Shown here: positions 1 through 10,713 of the stretch, piece by piece
Position numbering within the stretch: the first letter of the stretch is position 1
Layout: every line of letters starts with the position of its first letter
Source of the DNA: Syncephalis fuscata S228
Taxonomy: Eukaryota; Fungi; Zoopagomycota
DNA: 64,000 bases
Direction of reading: 5' to 3'
NCBI GenBank assembly: GCA_025786725.1
Contig: JAHLTZ010000011.1
Location: 372,001-436,000 of the forward strand
Translations under genes and position numbers: made by a program
The notes under the pieces: model-generated
Database searches by the model: none
What the model was told of the DNA's origin: nothing
The model's input: only the letters and a program-made list of their open reading frames with translations

Positions 1-1069
1 AAAAACACGTTTAATTATCCTGCAATTCATTTTTATTATATAAAATAAAATTGTTACAGGGCCAGTGATTGTTATTAAATAATACACGTTGTATCCATGG
101 CCAAAAGAAACAACATTGCTTGTATAAAAATAGAATTTAAAAAGATAAACAAATCCAGCATAGTAGTTTCATAACAGCCAGTGCTATGACTGCTAGAAAT
201 AGTAAACGTATTCCGATGTGCCACGCCATGACATTATTGTGTTGTTTTCCGTTAATATATATGGAATAAAAACGATCTACAAACTTGCAAATATTTTTTT
301 ACTAAATTTTATTTTATTTTATAAATTGACGTGAAACAACGGTGTACTTGTAGCATAGGTCAGTTGCCTATTCCATCTAACTTTTGATACTGAGCTTACA
401 CACTGAGTGACAACACATTAACATTCCGTTTTAAATAAATTATTAGCTGAATTACTTATATACATTAACTAATAACTACCAATGTTTACTATGTTATAGG
501 GTGTTCTTGTATATAAATAGTAAAATTATTTGACACTGTTTATATTTATAGACAATTCATATGGCTCTATTAGATACTTTAATATAGTACTAGTAAGATA
601 TTGTAACAAAAAGGCGTAGACCTTACACTACGCCCATTTTCTTCTCCTTGATCTGACAGATCTTATTCCTTAATGCCTTAACATCCAAGGTTCTTCCTAC
701 GTCTTATCTCTTTTATTTTATTTTCTTCTCGTTTTCTTTTTTCTAAATATCAGACCTATGTGGCAGGCTAATATTTTAGATCATGCATCTATAAAAGAGC
801 GCATATTATTGTTCACCTAATAAACATATGATATGTTGGTGTTATTTAATATTATAATACAACTTTATAGAAAAACGGTTTATTAACCATTGAATGTGAT
901 TTAGCGGTCAAATGACAATGTGAATTAGCATCATTATATCTAGCAGCTGTGATCGCATAATAATAACAAATTAATACACAGCCATTGTGGCTAAAGCAGT
1001 GAATCTATCTATTTATTTTTTACTTATGGCCCTGTTTATCCACATTCGGTTTATACAACGGAGCATCTA

Positions 1070-1854
1070 ATGAGTATGCTCTAAGTGCAGGTAGCCGCTC
1101 CATCTTTGTTACGGTAGGCTCAACGGGCTTTGACGCGTTAGTGCGTACCGTCACGTCGGCGCCATTCCTGCACGCTGCAGTACGCGCTGGTTACCAACGG
1201 CTTACTGTACAGTATGGCCGCAGTAAACCAACATTCACAACAGCACTGTCTAGTAATAGTTCAAACAACGCGCTACACTATCATTACAACCCAGTTACTG
1301 ATGAAACACTAATCCAATGGGTAGAAAAAGAATATGATAGCAGTAATAAAACAGAGTATGAGTTGACAATTGTCATCTCAGATACGACTATCGACCATCT
1401 CTGGCTGGCGATTTACGAATGGCCGATCTAGTGATCAGCCATGCTGGTTAGTTCATGATGAATATTGCCATAGCAGCAGTGATGTTAGTTATTGAAAATA
1501 TGATTAACTGGATAACTAGGTTCAGGGTCTATTTTGGAAACATTACGCTGGAATAAGCCCCTTATTGTCGTAGCCAACACCGACTTGATGGATAATCATC
1601 AGGCGGAACTGGCAGTTGCTCTTCATAAAGAGGATTATTTGGTTGCAGCAGAATGCGAGTAAGTACTGCTGTGCATGGTTGTGTATTTTTGCCACACGTA
1701 TACTTGGTCTTACTCTATCTATAGTGAATTAATTACCGCACTAAATGAGCAACGACACATGGGACTTGTGCCATTTCCGGCCCAGGCTCCTGAGCGATTT
1801 AGCTCTATTCTTGAAGGTGTTATTCAGTTCCCTGAATCTAAAAAACAGCAATAA
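1070..1854 (+). CDS. ALG13: UDP-GlcNAc transferase subunit ALG13 (intron-containing; 5' end uncertain; apparent 1-nt indel near 1381)
   Basis: Reads [14 protein letters not shown]...LTVQYG, then after a frame change [22 protein letters not shown]|intron|[31 protein letters not shown]. These are the glycosyltransferase-28 C-terminal/Alg13 motifs. Confidence 0.9.
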
Positions 1855-2648
1855 AGCTAAATGTGTATAACATGTTTAAATTTGAATTAATAAATAGCAG
1901 AATTTAAAACGCGCTTGCATGTTGTATCGTTGTTTTGAATAATTAAAATTAAAATGCTTGAATTATTATTCAAACATATGCTCAATTTTAATATATTGCA
2001 TCATTAATGTCCGGTAAAATAGTATAGTGCTTGCATGTTAGCCGTTTTTTCCCAATACAATGTTTCGTATAATATCCAGTAAATCTATATATTATTGCTT
2101 TAAAATAGCTCTATTCCGTTGTTATTAAAATAACCAGTTAGTAAAACAAGGAGAATAAATGGAACGTACATCCGTGACAAATACAGTTTGATAATCCGGT
2201 AATACTTGTCCAAGTCCTTAATAAACTAAAAAAGTGAGTGGTTTGTATACCTGTTTGTGGCGGAAGGCTGCCTCTTAACGGGTGGGGTCGTGCGCTGTTG
2301 TATGGTTGGTCTTTGTGGGGGGGTTGTGGTCTGTGGAGTGACTTGTTTGGACAATACTGCGTGACCATTGCTACACGGCCATTGCTACATGACTTATAAA
2401 AGCACCCGATATAGAAGCAGTACGTTTAGACAACCACATAGCTTTTAATATTGCCTTTTTATTGTGCATTCGCATTAGTTTACCGCTGGTCGACCGTTTA
2501 CCAAATAGCCGCTTAGTGCTCCATCATTCCGCTTTACTCGCATTAATACTCAAATTTACTAATAATAACACAACTTCTATCTGGCATTCGATTAATCGCT
2601 GCATTTAATATTTACATCGTAATCAGCATCACATTGTAACACATCCAA

Positions 2649-4370
2649 ATGCGGTTTTCTCGCTTCTTAACAGCAACATTAGCGGTTGCTACATGTCTAT
2701 TTGCCGGTGTTGACGCTGGCATCCCATCAGTCGATGCTCAAGGATGTAGCATCCGTGTGCGACAGGATATTAAAAGGCTGAACCGGCAACAGTTGGATGC
2801 TTTTTTCAGCGCTCTTCGCACTCTAGTATCATTACCACGTCCAAACAGCTACGATGCGTTTGCTAATCTACACCCCAATACCAGACCAGAGCCCATGGTA
2901 CGGCATGGTTTTTACCTTGGCATCGCTTGTTTATCCGATCATTTGAATACCAATTACAACGCATCGATCCTAGTGTGATGCTTCCTTATTGGGTAAGTTC
3001 TATTTATTGCAGTTACCATTTTATTGATTCAATATTAATGTATTATTGTTTATGGTTTATTATAGGATTGGTCGGTTACTTCACAAGCACCCGACAATGA
3101 TATCATTTTTTCACCAACCTGGTTTGGCGGCAATGGCCGTAAGAGCGATGGTTGCGTCATGGATGGTCAACTTGCAAGATGGCGAACACATTTTCCTCAG
3201 CCTTACTGTCTTCAGCGACGTTTTAATGGCGGGTCCCGTCTAGGTTCCTTCTACTCGCCTGAGGCACTTAGAATAGTTGCCGATGAAGCGGCAAACTATG
3301 CCGAGTTTAATGCGAGACTTGAATCTCCCGCGCACAATCTTGTCCATATTAATATTGGCGGTCATATGGTTACGTCCTATAGTCCCAATGATCCAATTTT
3401 CTATATCCATCACTCGTTTATTGATATGCAATGGGCGCTGTGGCAAGCACGTAGTTCTCGAAATGCTAGAGACTATGGTGGCCGTAACGCCGATAACTCA
3501 CCTGCTAACATTAACGATGTGCTTACTCCGTTTAATGTACGCGTTGGTGATATTATGGACACTCGCAGTCTCTGCTACGTCTATGACAGACTAGCCAATC
3601 TCAATGAAAACAATAATAGCCGATTCAGTCGTCGAGGTCTATTGGACCATAGCTTGTTTGGTATTAGCACCGGCATCAGCACCGGCATCAGCAATAGCAT
3701 CGGTGCTAATGTGGGCGCCAGCATCGGCAGTAGCCTCAAGGCTAGCATCGGTGTTAGCATTGGCCACACTATACATGACATTGTATCGTCCTTTGTAGAG
3801 CACAAACTAATTAAATGGAAGACAAAAGGGCAGCGCTCTAGCAAGCAGGACATTGACGAGATTTATCAGCACAAAGAAGAACGACAGGCGGATGATCTTG
3901 AAGAGACTGATCGCAAGCATATCATTAGTCTTCGTACTTGCACACCGCTTAGAGAGGAAATTATCCGTCGACAAAATCTCAACGGCACGCTTATTCGTGA
4001 AACAGAGACCATGTTACGAGAGCTAGTTATTCGTCTTAATAAGCAGCCAGGCTATATCTCACCTGCTGCTATAATCAATAATCAAGAACTACTGACGGTT
4101 GTTGCAGCCGAACAGTCCACCGTTTACGTTGCAAGAGGCAATACCCAGGTGCCTGTTAGCGTGCCTCGCGCCGAAAATGGACAAGTTAATGTAACGGCAT
4201 TGGTTACGGCTGCTAATACCAAGTTGGCGGCACTTGACGAAATGAAGCAACAAGAATTGTCCGGCACCAATTCAACCGATGTCTATACTTACTCCGATTC
4301 AAGCACTGTTCCTATCGATCTTGATAACGTGTATTCTGTCATCCTTCTACTGGTTCCTCAGCTTAATTGA
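2649..4370 (+). CDS. Secreted tyrosinase (type-3 di-copper protein); intron 2993-3065; 1-nt indel near 2874
   Basis: N-terminal signal peptide. CuA region AHGTAWFLPWHR...LPYW|DWS and CuB region HNLVHINIGGHM...SPNDPIFYIHHSFID are both present. Confidence 0.92.
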
Positions 4371-4960
4371 ATACTACTTCAATTGAATTCAATAATCTTT
4401 ATCCCATCAGCTAATAACATCGAGTATCTAATTCCAGCGTTTGTTTGATAAGTACAGTAATGCAACGATTGTCTTTCCTTTATCTTTTTTCTTAATTTTG
4501 ACACATACTTGATCACACACTACTACATCATCGCGTAACAGTAAATTTTCATATTTAATTACATTAATTTATTATGTGTCTATGTATAATTGCGCAAAAC
4601 AGTGTAACTAAAAATATGGAGTGCTAATCACATTAATCTATATTTCCAGCAATGGCTATATTAAAATATAGGAGTATTGTACCTTGACTTTTACATTTTT
4701 TATTTACTCATTTCATCCCTTGACACTTAAACACAATTAAGCACCATCCATCACTATAACATGTATATATTGCATTCAACATTAGCTAATTCATGCGTAA
4801 TTACAATACAATAATGTAACTAATTATTATTTTATTATTGCTTTAATATAATATTGTCATTATAATATTGATTGTTCAAATGCCATTTATTTAGTCAGAT
4901 TGGCTATAGGGAAAATGGCTGTTTAATAAACGACTTTATAATAATTATATTAATATTGAT

Positions 4961-5142
4961 CTTACATTACAAATATACCCAACATGCAACAGTAGAATAT
5001 TAGAAAATATAAGAATCATTCAGATGCAATAACAACAAATGCAGAATGACATGGAATCGCAATCATATGGCTTCTATTAATATTCAATCATCTTTTTACA
5101 CATAGCCAGTAACAACAATGATCGACCTCAAATATTTCAAAA
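4961..5142 (+). mobile_element. Decayed Fanzor/TnpB C-terminal fragment (copy A)
   Basis: Across frameshifts reads LTLQIYPTCNSR...NNKCRMTWNRNHMASINI...DRPQIF, matching the degenerate Zn-ribbon and RuvC-III (WNRD) region. Confidence 0.7.
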
Positions 5143-5169
5143 AACTCAAATAGTGTGTTACACTCTTTA

Positions 5170-5345
5170 TTTAAATGTTTAATATTATTGATACAATGTT
5201 CTGTTACATTTAATTAATTTCATTCTATGGAAATGATAATGGACAATAATATTATGTTAATATTTATTGTGAATAATGATTTAAACACAAATCAACTATT
5301 CAAATTATTACAATTGATTGCGTAAAAAGATTTACGTGCTGAATG
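5170..5345 (+). repeat. Diverged direct repeat, copy 1 (3' tail of Fanzor copy A)
   Basis: Aligns by eye with 6378-6555: tttaaatgtttaa...atacaatgttct(g/a)ttacatttaattaatt...taatatttattgt...ttgcgtaaaa(a/t)gatttac. Confidence 0.8.
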
Positions 5346-5847
5346 ACGGGAGGCAAATAATAGTCAGTCAATTAAAGTATCAAGTGAAAACAAAAAGTGC
5401 AATAGAGTGAGTTCAAATGACAAATATAATTTAAATATAAATCAATTTAATTGATTTGTCAATTATTCAAGTCTTTATAGTTAATCTTGTAAAATAGCGG
5501 GTTATTTGGCATTTTTGACAAATTAATGTTTAGCTAATAAAAGAAATATAAATAAAAGTTACTTTTGTTGTAATTTACTACGTTTATGCAATAAAAATAG
5601 TAATTACATTAATTTAAGAATTGGTCAAGATAGTCAGGGATTGAAAAAGCTTAAATGTTTTATTGATAATATTTGATGTCTTCTTATATAGTGTTTTCTA
5701 TGTAATGCCATATCAGCACTTGGAACATTTAGTAAGTGAATTTTGGATTTTATAGTATAAAAACTGTATAACCATAATAATTATATTTTATGACACACTT
5801 TTAAAAAGCTGTACAGTATGAATAATTATTTATATATAATTAAATAG

Positions 5848-6350
5848 TGATCCACCAAGAGAGAAAGAAGGATGGTGTCCAGCAAGGTTACAAACAACTG
5901 ACAAAATGCCACTTATTGTATTTGGCGATGCAATGTTTGGCAAGCAGAACAATGTAGACAAGGGCCATCGATCTGCTGTTGTCAACAAGTGCTGGCAAAT
6001 GTTGAAACGACGAGAGCGTCGTGGAGATCTTGTTGCCATTAAAATTGATGAATATCTTTCTTTTCAGATAAGTATTTAATGTAATAATTATTTTATTTAA
6101 CAATTTAATAAATTTGTCATGTCTGTAAGGAAAGAAGTCTAATAGAAAAGATTGCTGTAAATAGTCATACCCACCACATCACCTTAGTTGCCAAAACTAC
6201 CAGGTGGTGTGGAATCGGGATGTCATGGCAAGCGAAAATCTTTTTCACACTGCCGAATCAATCTGGGATGGAAATGGCAGACCAGCTGAGTTTGCCAGAC
6301 CATCTCAGGCCAGTATAATCATCGCAGAGAACGCGGGTTTGTCTCAATGA
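5848..6350 (+). mobile_element. Decayed Fanzor/TnpB C-terminal half with a dead intron (copy B)
   Basis: Reads PLIVFGDAMFGK...KGHRSAVVNKCWQMLKRRERRGDLVAIKIDEYLSFQ|ICHVCKE...LV(C)QNYQVVWNRDVMASENL...GRPAEF. This covers the RuvC-II glutamate, CxxC knuckle and RuvC-III RD motif. Confidence 0.85.
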
Positions 6351-6377
6351 CTTTTCAGATATCGAAAGTAAGTTTTA

Positions 6378-6555
6378 TTTAAATGTTTAAAATAGCAAGT
6401 ACTAATACAATGTTCTATTACATTTAATTAATTATATTTTATAGAAACAATAATGTTACTATATTGGATTAATATTTATTGTAAATAATCATTTCAACAC
6501 AAATTAATCCAATCAATTCATTACAATCAGTTGCGTAAAATGATTTACTGCCCTG
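6378..6555 (+). repeat. Diverged direct repeat, copy 2 (3' tail of Fanzor copy B)
   Basis: Aligns by eye with 5170-5345. Confidence 0.8.
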
Positions 6556-6799
6556 GAGGATAGTTTTCAACTATTTCGCTTTTTTGTTCATTACTGGCAT
6601 ATTCAACATAGCACACAAAGCCACTATAGTAGTGGCAAACTAATTAAAGCAATAATATTATTTTAGCGTGCTTAAACGTAAGCTCAGCATTCCGCAACAA
6701 AAATATGCGTTTTTGTCATTAAGAAAATAGGTGATAGCGCTATTTATGTTGACCCGACTAGTTTATTAATAGTATAAAAATTGAATGATATAACCAACA

Positions 6800-7767
6800 A
6801 TGTCTATTGACGCAACACAATCCGACACACACCAAGCTATTGTATGGCTTATGGCGCGCATTTCTGAAAAAGAGGCACAGCTAAACAGACTTGAACAACG
6901 ACTTGGCGATTTGCAAAATCGATATGAATATCTAGAGCAGGATAATCAAGCGCTTCGACAACAATTAACTGTGCTGTCTACTCAATTTGGCGTAAATATG
7001 CCTGGACCTACGAACAATACCAATTCACTACCTACTACTCCTATTGACGATCAACTATGTCGTCAAAACAACACACCTATTGCTTCCACACAGCACCAAC
7101 CAGCGGCCATGCCACTGCCACATAATGCAATGGCACTGCCAATGCCATTGCAACCAGCACACATTAATTCTTCTCCCCATGCACAAGACCAGCGCCATAA
7201 CGGTCAACATACAACAGATACAATCCAAACTAATCCAAATATCCTACAAAGCGTACAGAATCTAAGTCGGGTGGAGTTGCCCACTGCTATTCCTATTGAA
7301 AATTTGCCAAAAACAACATCAGCGCCTACTCCCTGGAGAAAATACGGATTAGATAAAAATGCTTATATTCTTATACGGGTAGGATATTAGCAATAATAAT
7401 AATAATAATAATAAATTATATTAACATCGTGTGTTACCTTCAATAGGATTATTTGCGTGGTACATTACGACAAGTATTAAAAGACGATGGCGAAATTAAT
7501 GGATGTCGATTTCATGCTACAGCACGTCTAGGCGATTCAATTAATATTGAGTTTCGGCAAGCAGTATCCCAACACATTCTCACATTAGGAGAGCTGACAG
7601 GTATAGATTTATCAATGAATACAGTGGGAAAACGAGTAGCCGTTTATTTACAAAATTATAAATCAGAATCAAAGAAAACACCCTCAGAGCTGATACGGGA
7701 TCGACACAACAAACGGCTAAGAAGTCAACAGCGCCGCAAAGAGGTGAGACGTGCAGTAATACGATAA
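6800..7767 (+). CDS. Hypothetical protein with N-terminal coiled coil; join(6800..7378,7447..7767)
   Basis: 196-aa ORF with a heptad segment (LNRLEQRLGDLQNRYEYLEQDNQALRQQL). A phase-0 GT..AG intron at 7379-7446 joins it in frame to the 104-aa ORF. Confidence 0.65.
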
Positions 7768-8440
7768 ATATATGATAAACAAAGTTAGCTAATGCGATGT
7801 TTAGGCGAAGCGACAGTAGTAGTAATAGTAGTAATAGTAATAATAGTGTAATGATATGTATTGTACCAATAAATAGTTGGTACATTCATTATACAGATGT
7901 AATATTTTTATTATTGCTATTACAATAATAAATGTGTATTATTGTAGCTTCATTTTAAATTTTAATCTTAAGAACTTGTAAAATTTACCATTTATTTATT
8001 TATTATGCTAACCATTTAATATACTGCTTATTTTAGCATTATTAGACGATTTACTGACAAATAATGTAATTAAGACTGAATAGCTACATTTAATAATATT
8101 CGTAACTGAACTACACGTTTGTTTTATTGAACACGGAACTGGTGGTGGGCAACATCATTGCTTAAAATAGCAATAAATCTTTTGACAATATGAAATCGTG
8201 CATTAGTAATTTATATGCTATTTGTATATTATTTTTCTTTTGTCTGACATATGTATGTATGAATAATAAATAGTATAGTAATAGAATTAATGCTAGTTAC
8301 TAATTTTTTAAAACTGATTACTTTTAATTTTAAATAGAAAATAGAACGTGACATGCAATAAGTGTAACCAGGTAATAGCCGAATAATATCGGAATTAAAA
8401 ATAATATTACAATTGAAATTTCTAAGCCGTTTGTGACATG

Positions 8441-10075
8441 CTATGTAGCCTGTTGCCATGATGTAGCATCTTCATGGCGTAAATAACGCCACGCTTTCGA
8501 TGGCAATGGCATATCAGTCAGTGCGTCCAAGGCAAGAATTCTCCGCTCCGCTCGATAGGCACCGGGCGCGTCGCGCTCTTTTGTAACGAGCACAGTACCA
8601 TCTCGCTTTACAACTAAACCGCGCGCTCTTAGCCACAGAAGGAAAAAGCGAGGATCTTTTGATGGTGTGAACGTGGTTGGCATTAATCGATGGCGGTAGG
8701 CATGATTGTAGATATGAAGTAAATGAGTAGCCTGTGTTTCACTGTTTACCGGTAGTAACAGCTGGAGCCGACCACGTAGCTCAGCTGGTGATAGGCTTGC
8801 AAAAGTCATGTCATTTGGAGCACGTCTTACTTGAAGATAAGCTTGCTGATTTGGTTGAACGACAGCAAGCCATTCTTTCTGCTGCTGTCGGTCGGCAAGA
8901 ATGCGTTCTTTTTGCTCAGGCTCCATATCAGCCATTGCGGCTGCAGATTCATCGTCATCGTCATCGTCATTTTCTTGCGATTTCTGTTGCGGCTCCATAC
9001 TCACAAGTCGATGCGAACTTTTAGCATGACCAATAAACCGATTAAAATCAGCAAGAATCAACGGCTCCGGTGTTGACCCACTTTGGGCCAACGCAACGTA
9101 TTCTCCGTCAAATAGCGTTTTAGCCAGCTCCAGCGGTACATACAAACAAGTCCCGAGTTTTTCCAGCTTTCGAATATAGCGACGGCGTGCTCGAGCCAAT
9201 ATAGGCGATACATGCTGTAATGAACAGTTGTCGCCCATGTCGCATACACCTGCTCTGAATCGAAAGCATAATGGAACACGACTTGGTCGCATTGCACGCG
9301 TATGTAAATAGCAGCACACTGGGTCGCTACAAACAATATTCATAAAATAGCATCTACATATCAACGCGCGTGGAATTAACTGTAATTCGTCAGTAATAAT
9401 TGGCAATGCGTCCGAACTACGCAACAAGTCTGGATCTTGCGGGTGTGCAACTGATAATTCGGCAGCAGCCATTAGACGTGCAAGCGGGTCCTCTTTGTCT
9501 GGCTGCGCTTGAGGTGATTTTAACTGTTCGTGCCCAGGCTTAGGCATTGATGGATGATATGGATCTTGTTGCATTCCCGTTTAATGTTTTGAGATAAATC
9601 AATTGCTTGGGCGGATAGCGATGCTGAAGGCATATGGATCATATTCTTTGTAAAATATTCGCCAGATCGAAATCGATTAAGCATGGCTAATAGACTAAGT
9701 GCCATTGATAGATCAGTAAGACGTAGACACGATATTATCGTAAAGGCTTACTTACGCTGAATGTTCGCGTGGCTCACCCAAAGCAAGCCAGGACCGCTCT
9801 GGACGCGCCACATTCGCGTCCATGGAGCATATATCCGATATGACCGATAGAAGACGTATCAACTCAACGCGGCGTTGCGGAAAGATATCATTGTACAAAA
9901 GAATGAATTGGTCTATAGTCATGCGAAGAAGAGCACCGTTTGATGCTTTGGCTTGAGTAAGAAAATAGCCATAACTACAATGAATATTCTCTACCAATTC
10001 GTCATCATCGTCAATAAACAGATTGTCAGGCGAGACGGCAGCCGTTGTAGCCGTATAATTATTACCGGAAAACAT
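8441..10075 (-). CDS. Tandem CCCH zinc-finger protein (intron ~9755-9695; indel near 9576)
   Basis: Motifs CRCYFMNIVCSDPVCCYLH and CFRFRAGVCDMGDNCSLQH. The upstream ORFs are linked by a gtaagt...ttag intron. Confidence 0.7.
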
Positions 10076-10713
10076 GTTAAAAGATAAAAATGTGGTAAAT
10101 AATAATGATATCGTTTGTTGTTGTTACAGTCTATTATTAATTTATTATTAATTGGTGGTCAATAGCTTTATTTGTTAACATTCGCGTAATTGAACTAAAC
10201 ATTTGTTCTATTGAACATGATGATGGGTGATGAATGACATCAATCATCAAATACTCAGCATTGTAGATTTATTATTCAGTATGTATATATCCACCATCTA
10301 TTCATATCATTCCCATTCTATTCCACGCTACTATATATCATTCTATTCAATATAGCCTTCAACAAATTCTACTTAGTTTACTTATTGCATTATATACACG
10401 GCAACTTCAATGCATCTATTCGTATATTTTCCGTTGTATACTCATTAATTTATAACTATATAGCTTAATGAATTTAATAAGCAAATTCTACTAATGTATA
10501 TATTGAATAAGATTTATTCCGTATATTATAGAGGAATATAAGATATATACATACTAAATAAGAAATCTATAATAACGAGTATTTTAATTATTAATAAAAC
10601 TCACCACCTATCATCATGTTCAATAAATTAAATATCATTAAATTTAGTCATTTGACCATTAAATCACAGTAAATGTTAATAATAAATAATTTATTTAATA
10701 ATAATAATAAACA

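Noticed and set aside
1356-1381. Possible 26-nt intron fixing the ALG13 frame
   Set aside because: It is in frame but much shorter than other introns here. A lost G (tca g[g]a tac) explains the shift equally well.
2138-2368. 76-aa minus ORF and G-rich tract upstream of the tyrosinase
   Set aside because: No recognisable protein or tRNA/snRNA structure; likely promoter sequence.
5830-6103. Two minus-strand ORFs in the track
   Set aside because: Antisense shadows of the + strand Fanzor relic.
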